DNA of 53,721 nucleotides from a virus: UHGV virus genome UHGV-0138535; one strand, 5' to 3'. Shown piece by piece: positions 17,306 to 27,291 of this stretch (position 1 is its first letter; each line of letters starts with the position of its first letter). The notes under the pieces were generated by a model. It saw only the letters and a program-made list of their open reading frames with translations, ran no database searches and was not told where the DNA came from. The position numbers and the translations under genes were made by a program.

Positions 17306-19094
17306 TTTCGCTTAATTGCGCATCAGTTAATGCCTTATGCCATACTCGAAAATTTCTAACATGACCAAATAAATGACGTTGTCCTGTCGTTGTCTGACCA
17401 CCGATACGAATAGTTGCGGAGCTTTGAATATAAGTCCAGGTTGTTTTTGTTTCGCTGCTTAACTTACCGTTACTGACTACACATGTGGACCGTTCGGACT
17501 TTACCCGCATACCAATAAGCATTTTTTCCAGCCCGGCATTTTCATTTATTCGTCGGTCTGAACCACCTATATCGCAATACGGAAAACCGTCGTACCCACC
17601 TGATGAACCAAACCCCATTACGATCCCCGCTCCGGTTTGATGACCGCCGGTATCAAAAACACGCGGCGCTACATTTGGCGTTTTATACCAGTTCTTATGT
17701 ACCTCACAAAGAACCGTAAAAGGAAGATTATAAAGGTTATTCTTGATTGGGACTGTCACCATATCGCTTGCCCGCGTTGCCGGTGCCGTCCCCGTAACAA
17801 TAAAAGATGATGCGCCTGTACCAGCCTCAATCTGTGGAGTGGTTACATCGAGATAATCCCCTGATGTAACCATCTGCCCTGTATCCGGAGAATACTGGAC
17901 AAAACCACCAACCGTATTTTCTGTTGTATCTGCTTTTAATGTAGCCTCAAAAAATATCCAGCCAGTTGCATCATCCTTAACAGACCTTGCTGTAACACGG
18001 CTTGTCTGACCTGTCTTGCTAATTATGCGGGTGGTAAGGTTCAGGTTTGCTGCTCCTATTGATGTCCTTACCTCCCCATCATAATGTTCAAATAAAATAC
18101 GAACGGCGATATTATCAACTTCACTTTTTACCCGACAGGATATAGTTACATGCTTTTCGTCCCCTGAAGTATCAACCCCTCCGGCACTCGAATACAGTCC
18201 GATAATGGTATGCGCTTTACTTGTACCAACAATCGAATCCTGTACGACAAACCGGCCATAATTAAACCCAAAACTATCTGTGCCTGTTTCTGTAACGTCC
18301 AGTGAAGTTGACTTATTCCACTTCGAAGGGTCTGTACTGTTTATTAACAGGTTTGTGCGCGTCCCCTCAATCAGTAATCCTTCGCGTTCAAAACGTGGCT
18401 CATTAATACCAGCCACAGTTAAAACACCTGATTTGTTAATGTAAGTAGCAGTGCTTGCGCGTGAGAAAGAAACAACTTTATCTGATGATATTGTTTTTTC
18501 TTCCCCATTAATGGTTACTTTTTTAGTACCAGGGCCGTAGCCCGTGATCATATCGAGAGAATCGTTAAACGGTATCCATACGTCCGGCAGCGGTTGCAAA
18601 ACATACGCGTAAGGCTGTGCGGTCTGATTGGCGTATTCGTGGGCTTCGTCTCTGTATGTCTTAGCTGAATCGGCTGCGCTTGTCGCTGTTGTTGCAGCGT
18701 TGGTTGCAGTGGTAGCTGATTGTGATGCTAATTTTGAGGCTGAAATCACATCTTTGTTGTCGCTAAAAAATTCAACTGCGTCCGCTATTTCTGATTCTTT
18801 GCCCTGATAGTAACGCAGTGTTTCGGCGACATCCTGAGCAAGACCATCCACAGAGATCGAATCTGAAAGCAGGATGCTAAATTTAGTTCCAGCCGGAATA
18901 GCCGGACTTGCCGCAGGAGTTACCGACAAACTTGTTGCGCTTTTTACCTTTGTGATTGAAAAAATCTGCACCGGATCGCTAATGGCAATAAGAGTGCAAC
19001 CCACTCTGATCAGAGATAATGCGGCGTTGAATTCAGTCCCTGCCCCGGTAACTGTGTTTCCGCTAACAGCTATAGTGCCTGTTGTGTAAATCAT
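17298..19094 (-). CDS. side tail fibre protein with C-terminal lectin-like domain
   Basis: 598 aa; Ser/Thr/Ala-rich fibrous N-terminal half; C-terminus (HLFGHVRNFRVWHKALTDAQLSEI) resembles laminin-G/ConA-like lectin fold. Confidence 0.7.
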   Translation of the reverse strand: MIYTTGTIAVSGNTVTGAGTEFNAALSLIRVGCTLIAISDPVQIFSITKVKSATSLSVTPAASPAIPAGTKFSILLSDSISVDGLAQDVAETLRYYQGKESEIADAVEFFSDNKDVISASKLASQSATTATNAATTATSAADSAKTYRDEAHEYANQTAQPYAYVLQPLPDVWIPFNDSLDMITGYGPGTKKVTINGEEKTISSDKVVSFSRASTATYINKSGVLTVAGINEPRFEREGLLIEGTRTNLLINSTDPSKWNKSTSLDVTETGTDSFGFNYGRFVVQDSIVGTSKAHTIIGLYSSAGGVDTSGDEKHVTISCRVKSEVDNIAVRILFEHYDGEVRTSIGAANLNLTTRIISKTGQTSRVTARSVKDDATGWIFFEATLKADTTENTVGGFVQYSPDTGQMVTSGDYLDVTTPQIEAGTGASSFIVTGTAPATRASDMVTVPIKNNLYNLPFTVLCEVHKNWYKTPNVAPRVFDTGGHQTGAGIVMGFGSSGGYDGFPYCDIGGSDRRINENAGLEKMLIGMRVKSERSTCVVSNGKLSSETKTTWTYIQSSATIRIGGQTTTGQRHLFGHVRNFRVWHKALTDAQLSEIV

Positions 19095-19134
19095 CGCAAT
19101 AACTCCGTTTTGTTAATTAACTAAACAATTCTAC

Positions 19135-19156
19135 CATTTTGTGATCTGCGTTACAC
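19135..19156. promoter_or_regulatory. conserved 22-bp element with CRP-like core (TGTGA-N6-TTACA) upstream of fibre gene
   Basis: CATTTTGTGATCTGCGTTACAC; 20/22 identical to element at 26486..26507. Confidence 0.35.
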
Positions 19157-19291
19157 TTTGGGCTTATACATAATGTATTTTTTGATCTATATCAACATAC
19201 GAAATGATAGCTTCTGCGGTGATTTGCTCATCGGATGGGTGGATCATCACGAACAACAAATGACAGTAAAACAAACAGTAAGGTGAATACA

Positions 19292-19537
19292 ATGAAAAAA
19301 CTAATTGTTGCTTGCATCTTATCAGCTCTGTCTTTTGGTGCTTTTGCTTCTGTAAATTCGACAGATAAGAGTGATGCTGGCACTGCTCAATATGGTGATA
19401 CTGGCCTTGATAACCAACGTTCGAGTTATTTCAATACTGACTCATGGAAAGAAAAACAACTACAAGGTAAAATTATTGACAGTGAATGTAATTTACCTAT
19501 CCATTTTTCTGGTGTAAATGATGGGTGTAAAAAATAA
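19292..19537 (+). CDS. small secreted protein (signal peptide; moron)
   Basis: ATG at 19292 with AAGGTGA RBS inside track ORF; MKKLIVACILSALSFGAFA signal-peptide-like N-terminus; opposite strand to tail genes. Confidence 0.5.
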   Translation: MKKLIVACILSALSFGAFASVNSTDKSDAGTAQYGDTGLDNQRSSYFNTDSWKEKQLQGKIIDSECNLPIHFSGVNDGCKK

Positions 19538-19548
19538 AAACAATGCAT

Positions 19549-19578
19549 AAAAAAAACGGGGCTTATGCCCCGTTTTTT
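19549..19578. terminator. bidirectional intrinsic terminator
   Basis: AAAAAAAACGGGGC-TTAT-GCCCCGTTTTTT: GC stem flanked by A-run and T-run between convergent genes. Confidence 0.6.
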
Positions 19579-22500
19579 ATGCTGTCGTTGATGTTCTAAA
19601 TGATCCGGTGCCTCTTGCTACTATCATTGTTGGAGAATACAACGCGGTACAATATGCGTATCCTTCAGATGATGATGTTTGAGGACAATATATTTTCCCG
19701 ATAATATCTGATGCTTTTAAACCAGAAAAAGCGCATTGCACTGTTAATGTGCATCCACCATAAGGCACGTAATATGAAATTGTTTTGTTTTTATCTCCGC
19801 AACTAAACGTTACGTTATAAGTGGATCTATATTCACCAGACATTAATGAAATAGTCGCCATAAGCATAACTGATTTCGTCAATGCATTATCCGTGCTGTC
19901 TTTATATGTGATGGTTGCGCTATAACTTCCGTTATGCCCAAGCACTCGATCTGGACCAACCCCCATGTTAGCAACGTCACCGACAAATGACTTTGCCTCT
20001 ACTGTACCTTTAAACTTCCCGCTTGTGGCCTGAATCTCACCAGTGAATTTACCAGATGTTGCGTACACTGTACCGCGTACAGTGACGTTGTTGAACTCCG
20101 CATTGCCGTTTTTATTTAGCATCCAGCCAGCCGAACCAGCTTTATAGTTGGTTGACTGAATTTGCTGCGCAATCTTCGCGGTAGTGATTGATGCGTCTCT
20201 GATCCACGCATCACGGATGTAGCAAGCACCGTTAGTAACATAGAACGGGGTCTGATAGGAGCCACCTGCCGCAGTCATAAGCACGAAACGGTCAACGAGG
20301 AAAATACACTGCGATTGAACGTTAGTCCCGCTACCAGTAAGGCCGAGCGACATTCCTGTAGCGTATTTCATACCGTTTTTATCAGTGGCAATCTTAATTG
20401 AATATGACGCATCAACGTTACCTTTGAAGTCAGTCAGTGCTTTTGATGTCGTTTCTATCGCCGTTGTGTTTCCGTTAATAGTTACTTTCAACTGGTCGAT
20501 TCTGGTTGACAATGCCTCGTCTGCCGTTGCCATAGCCTGTGACCATTCCGTGATGCTTGAGTTTACATCGTCGAAAGATGCCGAGATCTGGCCAAATTTT
20601 TCCGCGCTTGATGTTTCATGCGTAGAAAGTGCAGTTGACACTTCGGATACTTTCGAATTAATCGTACTGGTAAGCGATGAGTTAAGGCTGCTGATTGCGT
20701 CAGTGCGTGCATTCTTCTCATCTGCGATCGCTTTATCCATCCTGGTTACGTTGCTTGTCACCTTGCTATCGAGCGTGGAAATTGACGCATTAACCCCGCT
20801 AATAGCTTCTGCGCGTGCGCTCGCCTCATCTGCGATTGCTTTATCAAGACGGGAAACGCTCGCGTCGGTTTTGCTTTCAAGACTACTGACGCTGGCGTTA
20901 ACGTTGCTAATAGCTTCTGCGCGTGCGCTCGCCTCATCTGCGATTGCTGTGTCTACCCTTGCTATTTCCGCTTTTGTTTTTCTTTGTCCTTTCCTGTATT
21001 TCGCCTCAATAACAGTGCTCATCTTGCTTTGCGCCATTGAGTTATTAATAAGCGCCAGAGATGCGTTTTGCAGACCTGCTTTCGCCTGAACTATCTCGTC
21101 GCTGTTTTTATCAACCTCACTTTTAACGCTGCCAAGCGACGCGCTGATACCTGATATCGCCTGAGCGCGTGTGCTTGATTCGTCAGCGATAGCTTGATCA
21201 AGACGGCTAACACTGGCATTTGTGTTATTTTCAAGCGTTGTTAAATCAGCTTTAACCGCTGTTATTGCGTCGCTTCTTGCCTGCGTTTCATCTGATATTG
21301 CCTTATCGAGGCGCTTAACACTGGCGTCAGTTTTCTTGTCAAGCGTTGAGATACTTGCGTTCACGTCGCTGATAGCCTGAGTACGCGCACTTGTTTCGTC
21401 TGCAATTGCCCGATCAAGACGGTTTACGCTGGCGTCAGTTTTCTTGTCAAGATTGCTTATTGAGGCATTTACACCGTTAATAGCTTCAGCGCGAGCGCTG
21501 GCCTCGTCAGCTACTGCGCGTTGCACATTAGAGATCTGACCTTTAAGGTTTGTGTCCATCACATTCATTTCTGCCGTGATGGTTTCCAGTGATTCCGCTG
21601 TCGCTTTTTTCTCTTCAGCGATAACGTTGTCAATGCGGTCAATTTCCGCTTTCGTCTCTGTCCTGCCTTTCTTGTACTGAGCGGTAAGAGTTACGCGAGT
21701 GTTAGTCTGTGCAAGCGAGTTATTAATAAGAGCAAGTGAGGCGTTTTGCAGACTTGCTTTTGCTTGCGCCAGTTCGCTGCCAACTTTTTCGCTAGACACC
21801 TCCAGCGAGTCGATTCTCGACTCATGCTGTCCAATATCATCGGCGTTTTCCTTAACTTTTTTATAAAGATCTTCCGTTTCTTTTTTGAGCGTATCAGTAT
21901 CAGCTTTTATTGATCCTGTTTCTATGGTTAGGTTGTCAGTTTCAGTCCTTAAATCGTCAGTTATGTTGGTCAGATTATCAGTTGCAGTTTTGAGGTTGTC
22001 AGTAGCAGTTTTAAGGTCATTCGTAGCGCTTTCGATAAGATCAGTGCGGTCGCCTAGATCTTTAATGTCACCAACCATTTCTTTAAATTGTTTGGAATTC
22101 ATTACGTCTTTGGTGACGTAATCGGTAATTTCATCAAAGTTTTCTGTTGGCTTACCTGACGCTTCCACAAAGTCAGACACACCAAAAGCGTTACGCGCGC
22201 GCACATAAACGTAATATGTGTGACCTGTATTCATGCCGCCAAACGTCCACTGATGACCACGCCCGGTATATTGTGCTTTAGTGGTTATTGATGCCGGATC
22301 AGTGATCTGCGTTTCACCTGAGTAATAAAACTCGTAACTGGTATCAGTGGTGAGCGTTGTTCTGCTGATCGGGTAAACTGTAGCCTGGAATACACCGGGA
22401 ACCCAATTAACGCCAACTGGGGCCGCTGGTGCGCCAATAACCAGATCGACAATGCTTTCCGCACCCTTCATGCCCGTGTCATTTCTGCCACGAATGCCTA

Positions 22501-24547
22501 ATGAGTAGTTGCCAGCATCAATGCCATAAAAATCATAACTGTAATTCGTGGTTTCGTAGCTTTTAACTACAGCGCCTTCGGCGTTATACACGCGAATCTC
22601 AAAGGTCAGGCGACGCGTTGTCGTCTGTGTTTCCCATGTTGCGCGACATTGAACCGTTTCAGATCCAACGTTTAACACCTTCAGATTTTCAATGTTCGGC
22701 ACGCGGAAGTGATTAAGCGTGTCGTTATTGATCTCGAAGATTGCGCCATTATCGACTACGGCCTGCTTATGTGGATCATGCTGTGCGGCCTCGATGGTGT
22801 ATACGCTGTTATTTTCTGTTTCTGCTACACTGGTGATTCGACATAAAACGGGTTTTGCTGCGTTGGTTGATACAGCAAAAACAGTGCCGTTACGAATCCA
22901 CGCCGGGGCGGCTGCAAGGGTGATAATGTTCCCGTTAACTCCGATGATCTGGTGTTTTTTAAATTTACCATCGCTATCAAGTAAGCTGATGGTGTCGCCA
23001 GCCGCGATATATTCAGAATCAACCTTGTCGACCGTGATCGCTCTGCCATTGTTCGCCACGATGCGACCGCCTAAACGAGCGCCTGCGCGATTATTATCGA
23101 GGATCTCGATTATATCCCCCGGCGTAAAGTGAATGGCGTCACGGGCCATTTTAAATGTGAATTTTGACGGCTCGCGTTTCGCTGTTTCGATCAGCCATTT
23201 ACCAGCGCGGTGCGCTTGCCCGCGTGAAGTGCAACCGAACGCCTCCAACGTGGTTTCGTTATAACCATCACGGGCGATTAGTTTATCATCTGCGACATAT
23301 TCTTTTGATTGCTCCCAGCCGTTTTCAGGGTCAGTCCAGGATACGATCACGGCGTTGTAGCATTCTGCGCGTGCGATACTTGAGCGAGTAAACGCGCCAT
23401 CAACGACGTTTGCATTTGTGATGGTGGCGATTGGATCTTGTGGCGCATCAATCATCACGGTAAGACGTTGTCCGTCCCATAACGCGATACCACGGAACAT
23501 ACCTGCGATGTTATCCAGTAGGTCGCGGGCGCTCATTTGCTCCGTAATGTAAGCGTTAAGCGTCATGCGAGGTTCAAGGCCACCATAGCCATCATCAACC
23601 AACTGATCGCAGTATTGAGAAAGCACGTACAAAGCGCCATCATCAACATCAATGTAACCAGCATGTCGAGCAAGTCCAAAGCGCTCGTTTTTAACCAGAT
23701 ACCGGAAAAGCCATGCAGGGTTATTGGTATACGCCTTTTTAAATCCACCAAGCCATAAACCTGAATATGTGCGCGTTTCAGGGTTGTAGTTGTCAGGCAC
23801 ATCAACAATCAGGCCGCGAAGGTGATAGGTGCGGGTAGGCGTATCAGTATACTGATCATGGTCAATTACGGCGCCAGCTACAGCGGTATGAGGATAAGAC
23901 AGATTATCATCTATTATTTCGCTGTAACTACTCCACCGCGTATCATTCCGCAATAGATCGCCGTTGCTGTCTGGTGTTATGCGACGAACGCGAATATCAA
24001 ACGGTTTTTCATCCGGCGCTTTAATGATGTGAGCTTCCAGGTATTCACCGCTTTGTTTACCAGGGCCAATGTGTATGTCTTTAATCAGCGACCACGTAGA
24101 AGATGATGACGGTTTAACATCAACCATCAACATGACGGATGTATTATATTGATTGCCCTTTTCATCTGACTGAACGAGAGCATCAACACCAAGATTCAAC
24201 CTGACGCGGGTAACGTTTGGATCTGAAACAGTCCTGATTATTGGTGTGTCGTGAGTTACCTTTGCGTTGACAATAACGGTTGACTCAATGGCGTTAAAAC
24301 CATTAATCGGCGATTGGTCAGCCGTGCCGTTGCGCCAGGCTATACTAATCCCCGGAATTGATGTATTCCCGTTTGCGTCAGTAACAGGAGTGTCATTAAG
24401 CATCACGTCATTCAATGGCGCTTTCTGGTTTACCGGACCGTATATCGGCCCTTCGCTGAGAATATCTAAAACACGATAAAACTGTTTGTGATACAGGTTA
24501 TCGTTCAATAATGTTGGTGTTTTGGCTTTGCCGCCGCCGCTACTCAT
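19577..24547 (-). CDS. host-specificity / central tail fibre protein (lambda J-like) with long coiled-coil repeat extension
   Basis: 1656 aa; N-terminal two-thirds collinear with lambda J (TPDS...YHLRG...FGCTSRGQAHRAG...); then ~450 aa of tandem heptad-rich repeats and a C-terminal globular domain. Confidence 0.85.
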   Translation of the reverse strand: MSSGGGKAKTPTLLNDNLYHKQFYRVLDILSEGPIYGPVNQKAPLNDVMLNDTPVTDANGNTSIPGISIAWRNGTADQSPINGFNAIESTVIVNAKVTHDTPIIRTVSDPNVTRVRLNLGVDALVQSDEKGNQYNTSVMLMVDVKPSSSSTWSLIKDIHIGPGKQSGEYLEAHIIKAPDEKPFDIRVRRITPDSNGDLLRNDTRWSSYSEIIDDNLSYPHTAVAGAVIDHDQYTDTPTRTYHLRGLIVDVPDNYNPETRTYSGLWLGGFKKAYTNNPAWLFRYLVKNERFGLARHAGYIDVDDGALYVLSQYCDQLVDDGYGGLEPRMTLNAYITEQMSARDLLDNIAGMFRGIALWDGQRLTVMIDAPQDPIATITNANVVDGAFTRSSIARAECYNAVIVSWTDPENGWEQSKEYVADDKLIARDGYNETTLEAFGCTSRGQAHRAGKWLIETAKREPSKFTFKMARDAIHFTPGDIIEILDNNRAGARLGGRIVANNGRAITVDKVDSEYIAAGDTISLLDSDGKFKKHQIIGVNGNIITLAAAPAWIRNGTVFAVSTNAAKPVLCRITSVAETENNSVYTIEAAQHDPHKQAVVDNGAIFEINNDTLNHFRVPNIENLKVLNVGSETVQCRATWETQTTTRRLTFEIRVYNAEGAVVKSYETTNYSYDFYGIDAGNYSLGIRGRNDTGMKGAESIVDLVIGAPAAPVGVNWVPGVFQATVYPISRTTLTTDTSYEFYYSGETQITDPASITTKAQYTGRGHQWTFGGMNTGHTYYVYVRARNAFGVSDFVEASGKPTENFDEITDYVTKDVMNSKQFKEMVGDIKDLGDRTDLIESATNDLKTATDNLKTATDNLTNITDDLRTETDNLTIETGSIKADTDTLKKETEDLYKKVKENADDIGQHESRIDSLEVSSEKVGSELAQAKASLQNASLALINNSLAQTNTRVTLTAQYKKGRTETKAEIDRIDNVIAEEKKATAESLETITAEMNVMDTNLKGQISNVQRAVADEASARAEAINGVNASISNLDKKTDASVNRLDRAIADETSARTQAISDVNASISTLDKKTDASVKRLDKAISDETQARSDAITAVKADLTTLENNTNASVSRLDQAIADESSTRAQAISGISASLGSVKSEVDKNSDEIVQAKAGLQNASLALINNSMAQSKMSTVIEAKYRKGQRKTKAEIARVDTAIADEASARAEAISNVNASVSSLESKTDASVSRLDKAIADEASARAEAISGVNASISTLDSKVTSNVTRMDKAIADEKNARTDAISSLNSSLTSTINSKVSEVSTALSTHETSSAEKFGQISASFDDVNSSITEWSQAMATADEALSTRIDQLKVTINGNTTAIETTSKALTDFKGNVDASYSIKIATDKNGMKYATGMSLGLTGSGTNVQSQCIFLVDRFVLMTAAGGSYQTPFYVTNGACYIRDAWIRDASITTAKIAQQIQSTNYKAGSAGWMLNKNGNAEFNNVTVRGTVYATSGKFTGEIQATSGKFKGTVEAKSFVGDVANMGVGPDRVLGHNGSYSATITYKDSTDNALTKSVMLMATISLMSGEYRSTYNVTFSCGDKNKTISYYVPYGGCTLTVQCAFSGLKASDIIGKIYCPQTSSSEGYAYCTALYSPTMIVARGTGSFRTSTTA
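20600..22060 (-). repeat. in-frame tandem coding repeats inside J-like gene
   Basis: Repeated ~108-nt units (e.g. GCTTCTGCGCGTGCGCTCGCCTCATCTGCGATTGC twice) encoding AIS-VNASIS-LD-KTDASV-RLD-AIADE-SAR units; larger duplicated module KAGLQNASLALINNS. Confidence 0.5.
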
Positions 24548-24560
24548 GGTTTTTCTCCTG

Positions 24561-25091
24561 TTAACTTACAACGTCTAAGGCGTCTCTATTGTTGCTTGTG
24601 TCTATGCCTAACGATCCGACGTTTGAACCTATTTTCATTTCACCTAATAGTATTGGCACTGGTCTACCCTGGCCCACCTTGTTTTCAATGCTGGTGTAGG
24701 TGTTGTTCGTTATGGTGTTATCTTGTGCGCTTTCTGCCGATGTTTTTATCTTCATGTTGCGGGACATAAAGATTGAGAACGCAACGCTAACCACCGAAAC
24801 ACCAATCAGGATCCAGCCTACAACACCAATCCCAGCAATACCGCCTTCAACTACTGGCGCAATAATGACGGTAGTTCCGTCAGGGTATTTACTATTAACC
24901 GCTGCCGGGGCCGTCTTTTCGTTATAATCTTTCCCGGCAATCCGTAACCGCAAAGGTGTATTTAAAAAAGCCTTCTTGAATTCCTGATTCTGCGCGGTCA
25001 ATAAGCGAAGCCCTTGCGCTGGCGTTTCAACGTTTAAACACACTTTGCTGTAATATCTTCGAAGATTGCCCGTAAATCTAAATTTGAGCAT
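24561..25091 (-). CDS. tail assembly protein (lambda I-like)
   Basis: 176 aa; position after K-like gene and hydrophobic central segment as in lambda I family. Confidence 0.75.
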   Translation of the reverse strand: MLKFRFTGNLRRYYSKVCLNVETPAQGLRLLTAQNQEFKKAFLNTPLRLRIAGKDYNEKTAPAAVNSKYPDGTTVIIAPVVEGGIAGIGVVGWILIGVSVVSVAFSIFMSRNMKIKTSAESAQDNTITNNTYTSIENKVGQGRPVPILLGEMKIGSNVGSLGIDTSNNRDALDVVS

Positions 25092-25765
25092 TTATCAGAT
25101 CTCCATATTGAATGCGTTTGTCGAACATAAGCGGGCCGCATTTGCTCGCGGCGGCTTAACAGTCCGGCATTGTCATGATGCAAAACAGTGTTATCGCCCA
25201 GGTAAATCATCGCGTGGCATGGGTCAGCGCCTTTGAACGGCTGCCTGATTATTACGTCACCTGGCTGGATGCTTTGCGCATCAACCTGATAAAACCCGTT
25301 TCGCGGCAAGTTTTTTAAATACAGGTTTTCACCGCGAAGCCACCAGCCATCAAGGCGCTCGAAGTCCGGTAGATCCACGCCACAAAGGTGATATGCGTCG
25401 CGGAAAAGCGCGTAGCAGTCTGTTTTCCCGTGCTCAAATTTTCGGCCTAACAGGTGCGCTACCGGGCGGAATTTTCTAACCCTGCCACCGGAGCATAAAA
25501 GCCACGGGAGGCCGGAAATAACCTGTTGTTGTCGATCCAGCGCAGACAATACCGGAATATCATCAACGTGAGAGTGAAAAACGGCGGTTATAACGCCTAA
25601 TTCGTCAGCTTTGATGTAATCGTCCGGCGAAATTTTGAAGCTGTTGTATGGCGTTTCAGATACGTTAGCGCACGGGTAAAAATATTCGTTATTTATCACC
25701 AGGCCGCAAACTTCCTCACGCGGGTGAGCTGCGGCGTAGCGAACCATTTTGTCTTCAAGTGCCAT
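25034..25765 (-). CDS. tail assembly protein (lambda K-like, JAB/MPN plus NlpC/P60 domains)
   Basis: 243 aa; HSH metal-binding motif and Cys/His peptidase-like region; overlaps I-like gene as in lambda. Confidence 0.8.
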   Translation of the reverse strand: MALEDKMVRYAAAHPREEVCGLVINNEYFYPCANVSETPYNSFKISPDDYIKADELGVITAVFHSHVDDIPVLSALDRQQQVISGLPWLLCSGGRVRKFRPVAHLLGRKFEHGKTDCYALFRDAYHLCGVDLPDFERLDGWWLRGENLYLKNLPRNGFYQVDAQSIQPGDVIIRQPFKGADPCHAMIYLGDNTVLHHDNAGLLSRREQMRPAYVRQTHSIWRSDKCSNLDLRAIFEDITAKCV

Positions 25766-25767
25766 AA

Positions 25768-26472
25768 TTAGCCCACCTTACTTGAACCGGGGAAACAGGA
25801 AATTGGTAACGGATTTGGACGCGGGAAACGTAAACGACAACCGCTCAGACGGTGGCTACATCTGTCGGCTTTAGGATCGCTTGTCGGCTCGTCTTTATCG
25901 TTTGCTACTGGTCCGCCAGCGTACATACACCCGTCGCCTCTGTATTGCCACTGGCAAACGTCAGCAAGGATGGTGCGCCCAGGGATGACAGCTTTATCTG
26001 CATCAATTGGCGTTGACAGTTCATACTGCACCTGTTCCGCTGTTTCTTCGCTCATTGCTTCAACGACGTAAAAAGATACAGCCTCAATAGATGGATCTGC
26101 GTCTGGATTACCGCTAGGGAAGTTAACGGCGTCAAGATATTTCACCTCCACCTGGCGGCGCGTAACCTTCATTCCTCTAAGGTCGTTAAAATCGTTGTTC
26201 ATCCCCGTAATGAGTCCGCCGATATTGGCTACAACCATTTGAGGCCGTGAATAAACACCCTCATTTTTCATTTCGAAGCCCGTCGCCTCGATCGGGTAGC
26301 TGTTGTAAGCTACTCCCTTCCAGATAACCTGGCCGTAATAGCCGTTCGCGCCGGAATGGAAGCGGATAACCTCGCCTCCCAGGGGAGTAAGGTCCAGTTC
26401 AAATAAGTCAATGACCGCGCCAACTCCGGCATCGACGGAATCAATAATCATCTCTCTCGGGATATTGCGCAT
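25768..26472 (-). CDS. minor tail protein (lambda L-like)
   Basis: 234 aa; C-terminal Cys cluster (CQWQYRGDGC...CSHRLSGC) typical of gpL; synteny M-L-K-I-J. Confidence 0.8.
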   Translation of the reverse strand: MRNIPREMIIDSVDAGVGAVIDLFELDLTPLGGEVIRFHSGANGYYGQVIWKGVAYNSYPIEATGFEMKNEGVYSRPQMVVANIGGLITGMNNDFNDLRGMKVTRRQVEVKYLDAVNFPSGNPDADPSIEAVSFYVVEAMSEETAEQVQYELSTPIDADKAVIPGRTILADVCQWQYRGDGCMYAGGPVANDKDEPTSDPKADRCSHRLSGCRLRFPRPNPLPISCFPGSSKVG

Positions 26473-26485
26473 TTTCTCACCTTGT

Positions 26486-26507
26486 CATTTTGTGATCTGC
26501 GTCACGC
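26486..26507. promoter_or_regulatory. conserved 22-bp element with CRP-like core (TGTGA-N6-TCACG) upstream of L-like gene
   Basis: CATTTTGTGATCTGCGTCACGC about 15 nt upstream of L start. Confidence 0.35.
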
Positions 26508-26597
26508 TAAATCATACCAAAATGGATTGATCGTGATTTTTACAATATGTATATTTTACTCAAACGAAGGGGAAGTTAACAAAATAACAACCCCCCA

Positions 26598-26951
26598 TTA
26601 GCCAACAACTTGCTCAAACGTTGCGTTTAGCGTGTACAAAGGCCCGTCTTTAGTCATGCTCCATTGCCGACAGACAAAAAGCCTTTGCACGTTATCCATT
26701 GACGGCGACCAGTAAAAAGCCTCGACCGCGCCGCGCGCCCTCAAGAATGCTTCCGCCTGGATTGCTACGTTTCCACCATCACCACATCCGGCGCTACTGC
26801 CTTTAAACACCAGGGTGTAGCTATCAAGCAATGGATTGATACCTTTTACCTGTCTTTGCTCATAACCATCGCCCAGCTTAACAACAGATACGTCTGGCTT
26901 CCTGGTCACGCTGTAGCTTCTTTGCGGCGTCCATCTGAACACTTCCGGCAT
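26598..26951 (-). CDS. minor tail protein (lambda M-like)
   Basis: 117 aa; FRW...GDGY.QR and C-terminal FEQVV shared with lambda M. Confidence 0.8.
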   Translation of the reverse strand: MPEVFRWTPQRSYSVTRKPDVSVVKLGDGYEQRQVKGINPLLDSYTLVFKGSSAGCGDGGNVAIQAEAFLRARGAVEAFYWSPSMDNVQRLFVCRQWSMTKDGPLYTLNATFEQVVG

Positions 26952-26983
26952 AAAACCCCCACAAGTTACATTTTGTATATATC

Positions 26984-27008
26984 TTTACGCGCTTCTACGC
27001 GAAAAATA
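26984..27008. promoter_or_regulatory. conserved 25-bp element TTTACGCGCTTCTACGCGAAAAATA upstream of M-like gene
   Basis: Near-identical element (TTTACGCGTTGCTACGCGAAAAATA) at 39334..39358 upstream of portal gene. Confidence 0.3.
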
Positions 27009-27118
27009 AGATCATTGTCACAATGATTATAGCTAGTTTACAAAATGGCTTCACATAGCACGCAACAAGATGTATATAGAAAGCAAGAAGAAAGTAGTAC
27101 CAACGAAGGAGGCCCAAA

Positions 27119-27274
27119 ATGAAACGCTATGTAGTAGTAATGCTAAATAACGCATTCGAACAAGTGGAAATAGCAATCGTTAAGGGTTTCGACGACGCAT
27201 TCAAATACGGTCAATTCATGATGAATGCGAAAGAAGATGAATACCGGGACTTCTTCCTGAAGGCACTTAACTAA
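27119..27274 (+). CDS. small hypothetical protein (51 aa; moron)
   Basis: ATG preceded by GAAGGAGG; opposite strand to tail operon; not in track. Confidence 0.45.
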   Translation: MKRYVVVMLNNAFEQVEIAIVKGFDDAFKYGQFMMNAKEDEYRDFFLKALN

Positions 27275-27291
27275 GGATGATGGGGTGAGTT

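Noticed and set aside
20385-21089. Plus-strand track ORFs (also 21885..22121, 22719..23132, 23164..23391, 24267..24479) inside the J-like gene
   Set aside because: They lie antisense to a long gene with strong homology-like collinearity to lambda J; their repetitive Ala/Ser/Leu products mirror the coding repeats on the opposite strand and they lack convincing RBSs.
20600-22060. Possible CRISPR array suggested by the tandem direct repeats
   Set aside because: The repeats are in frame inside the J-like ORF, vary in sequence, have no repeat-spacer periodicity and encode a repeated peptide unit.
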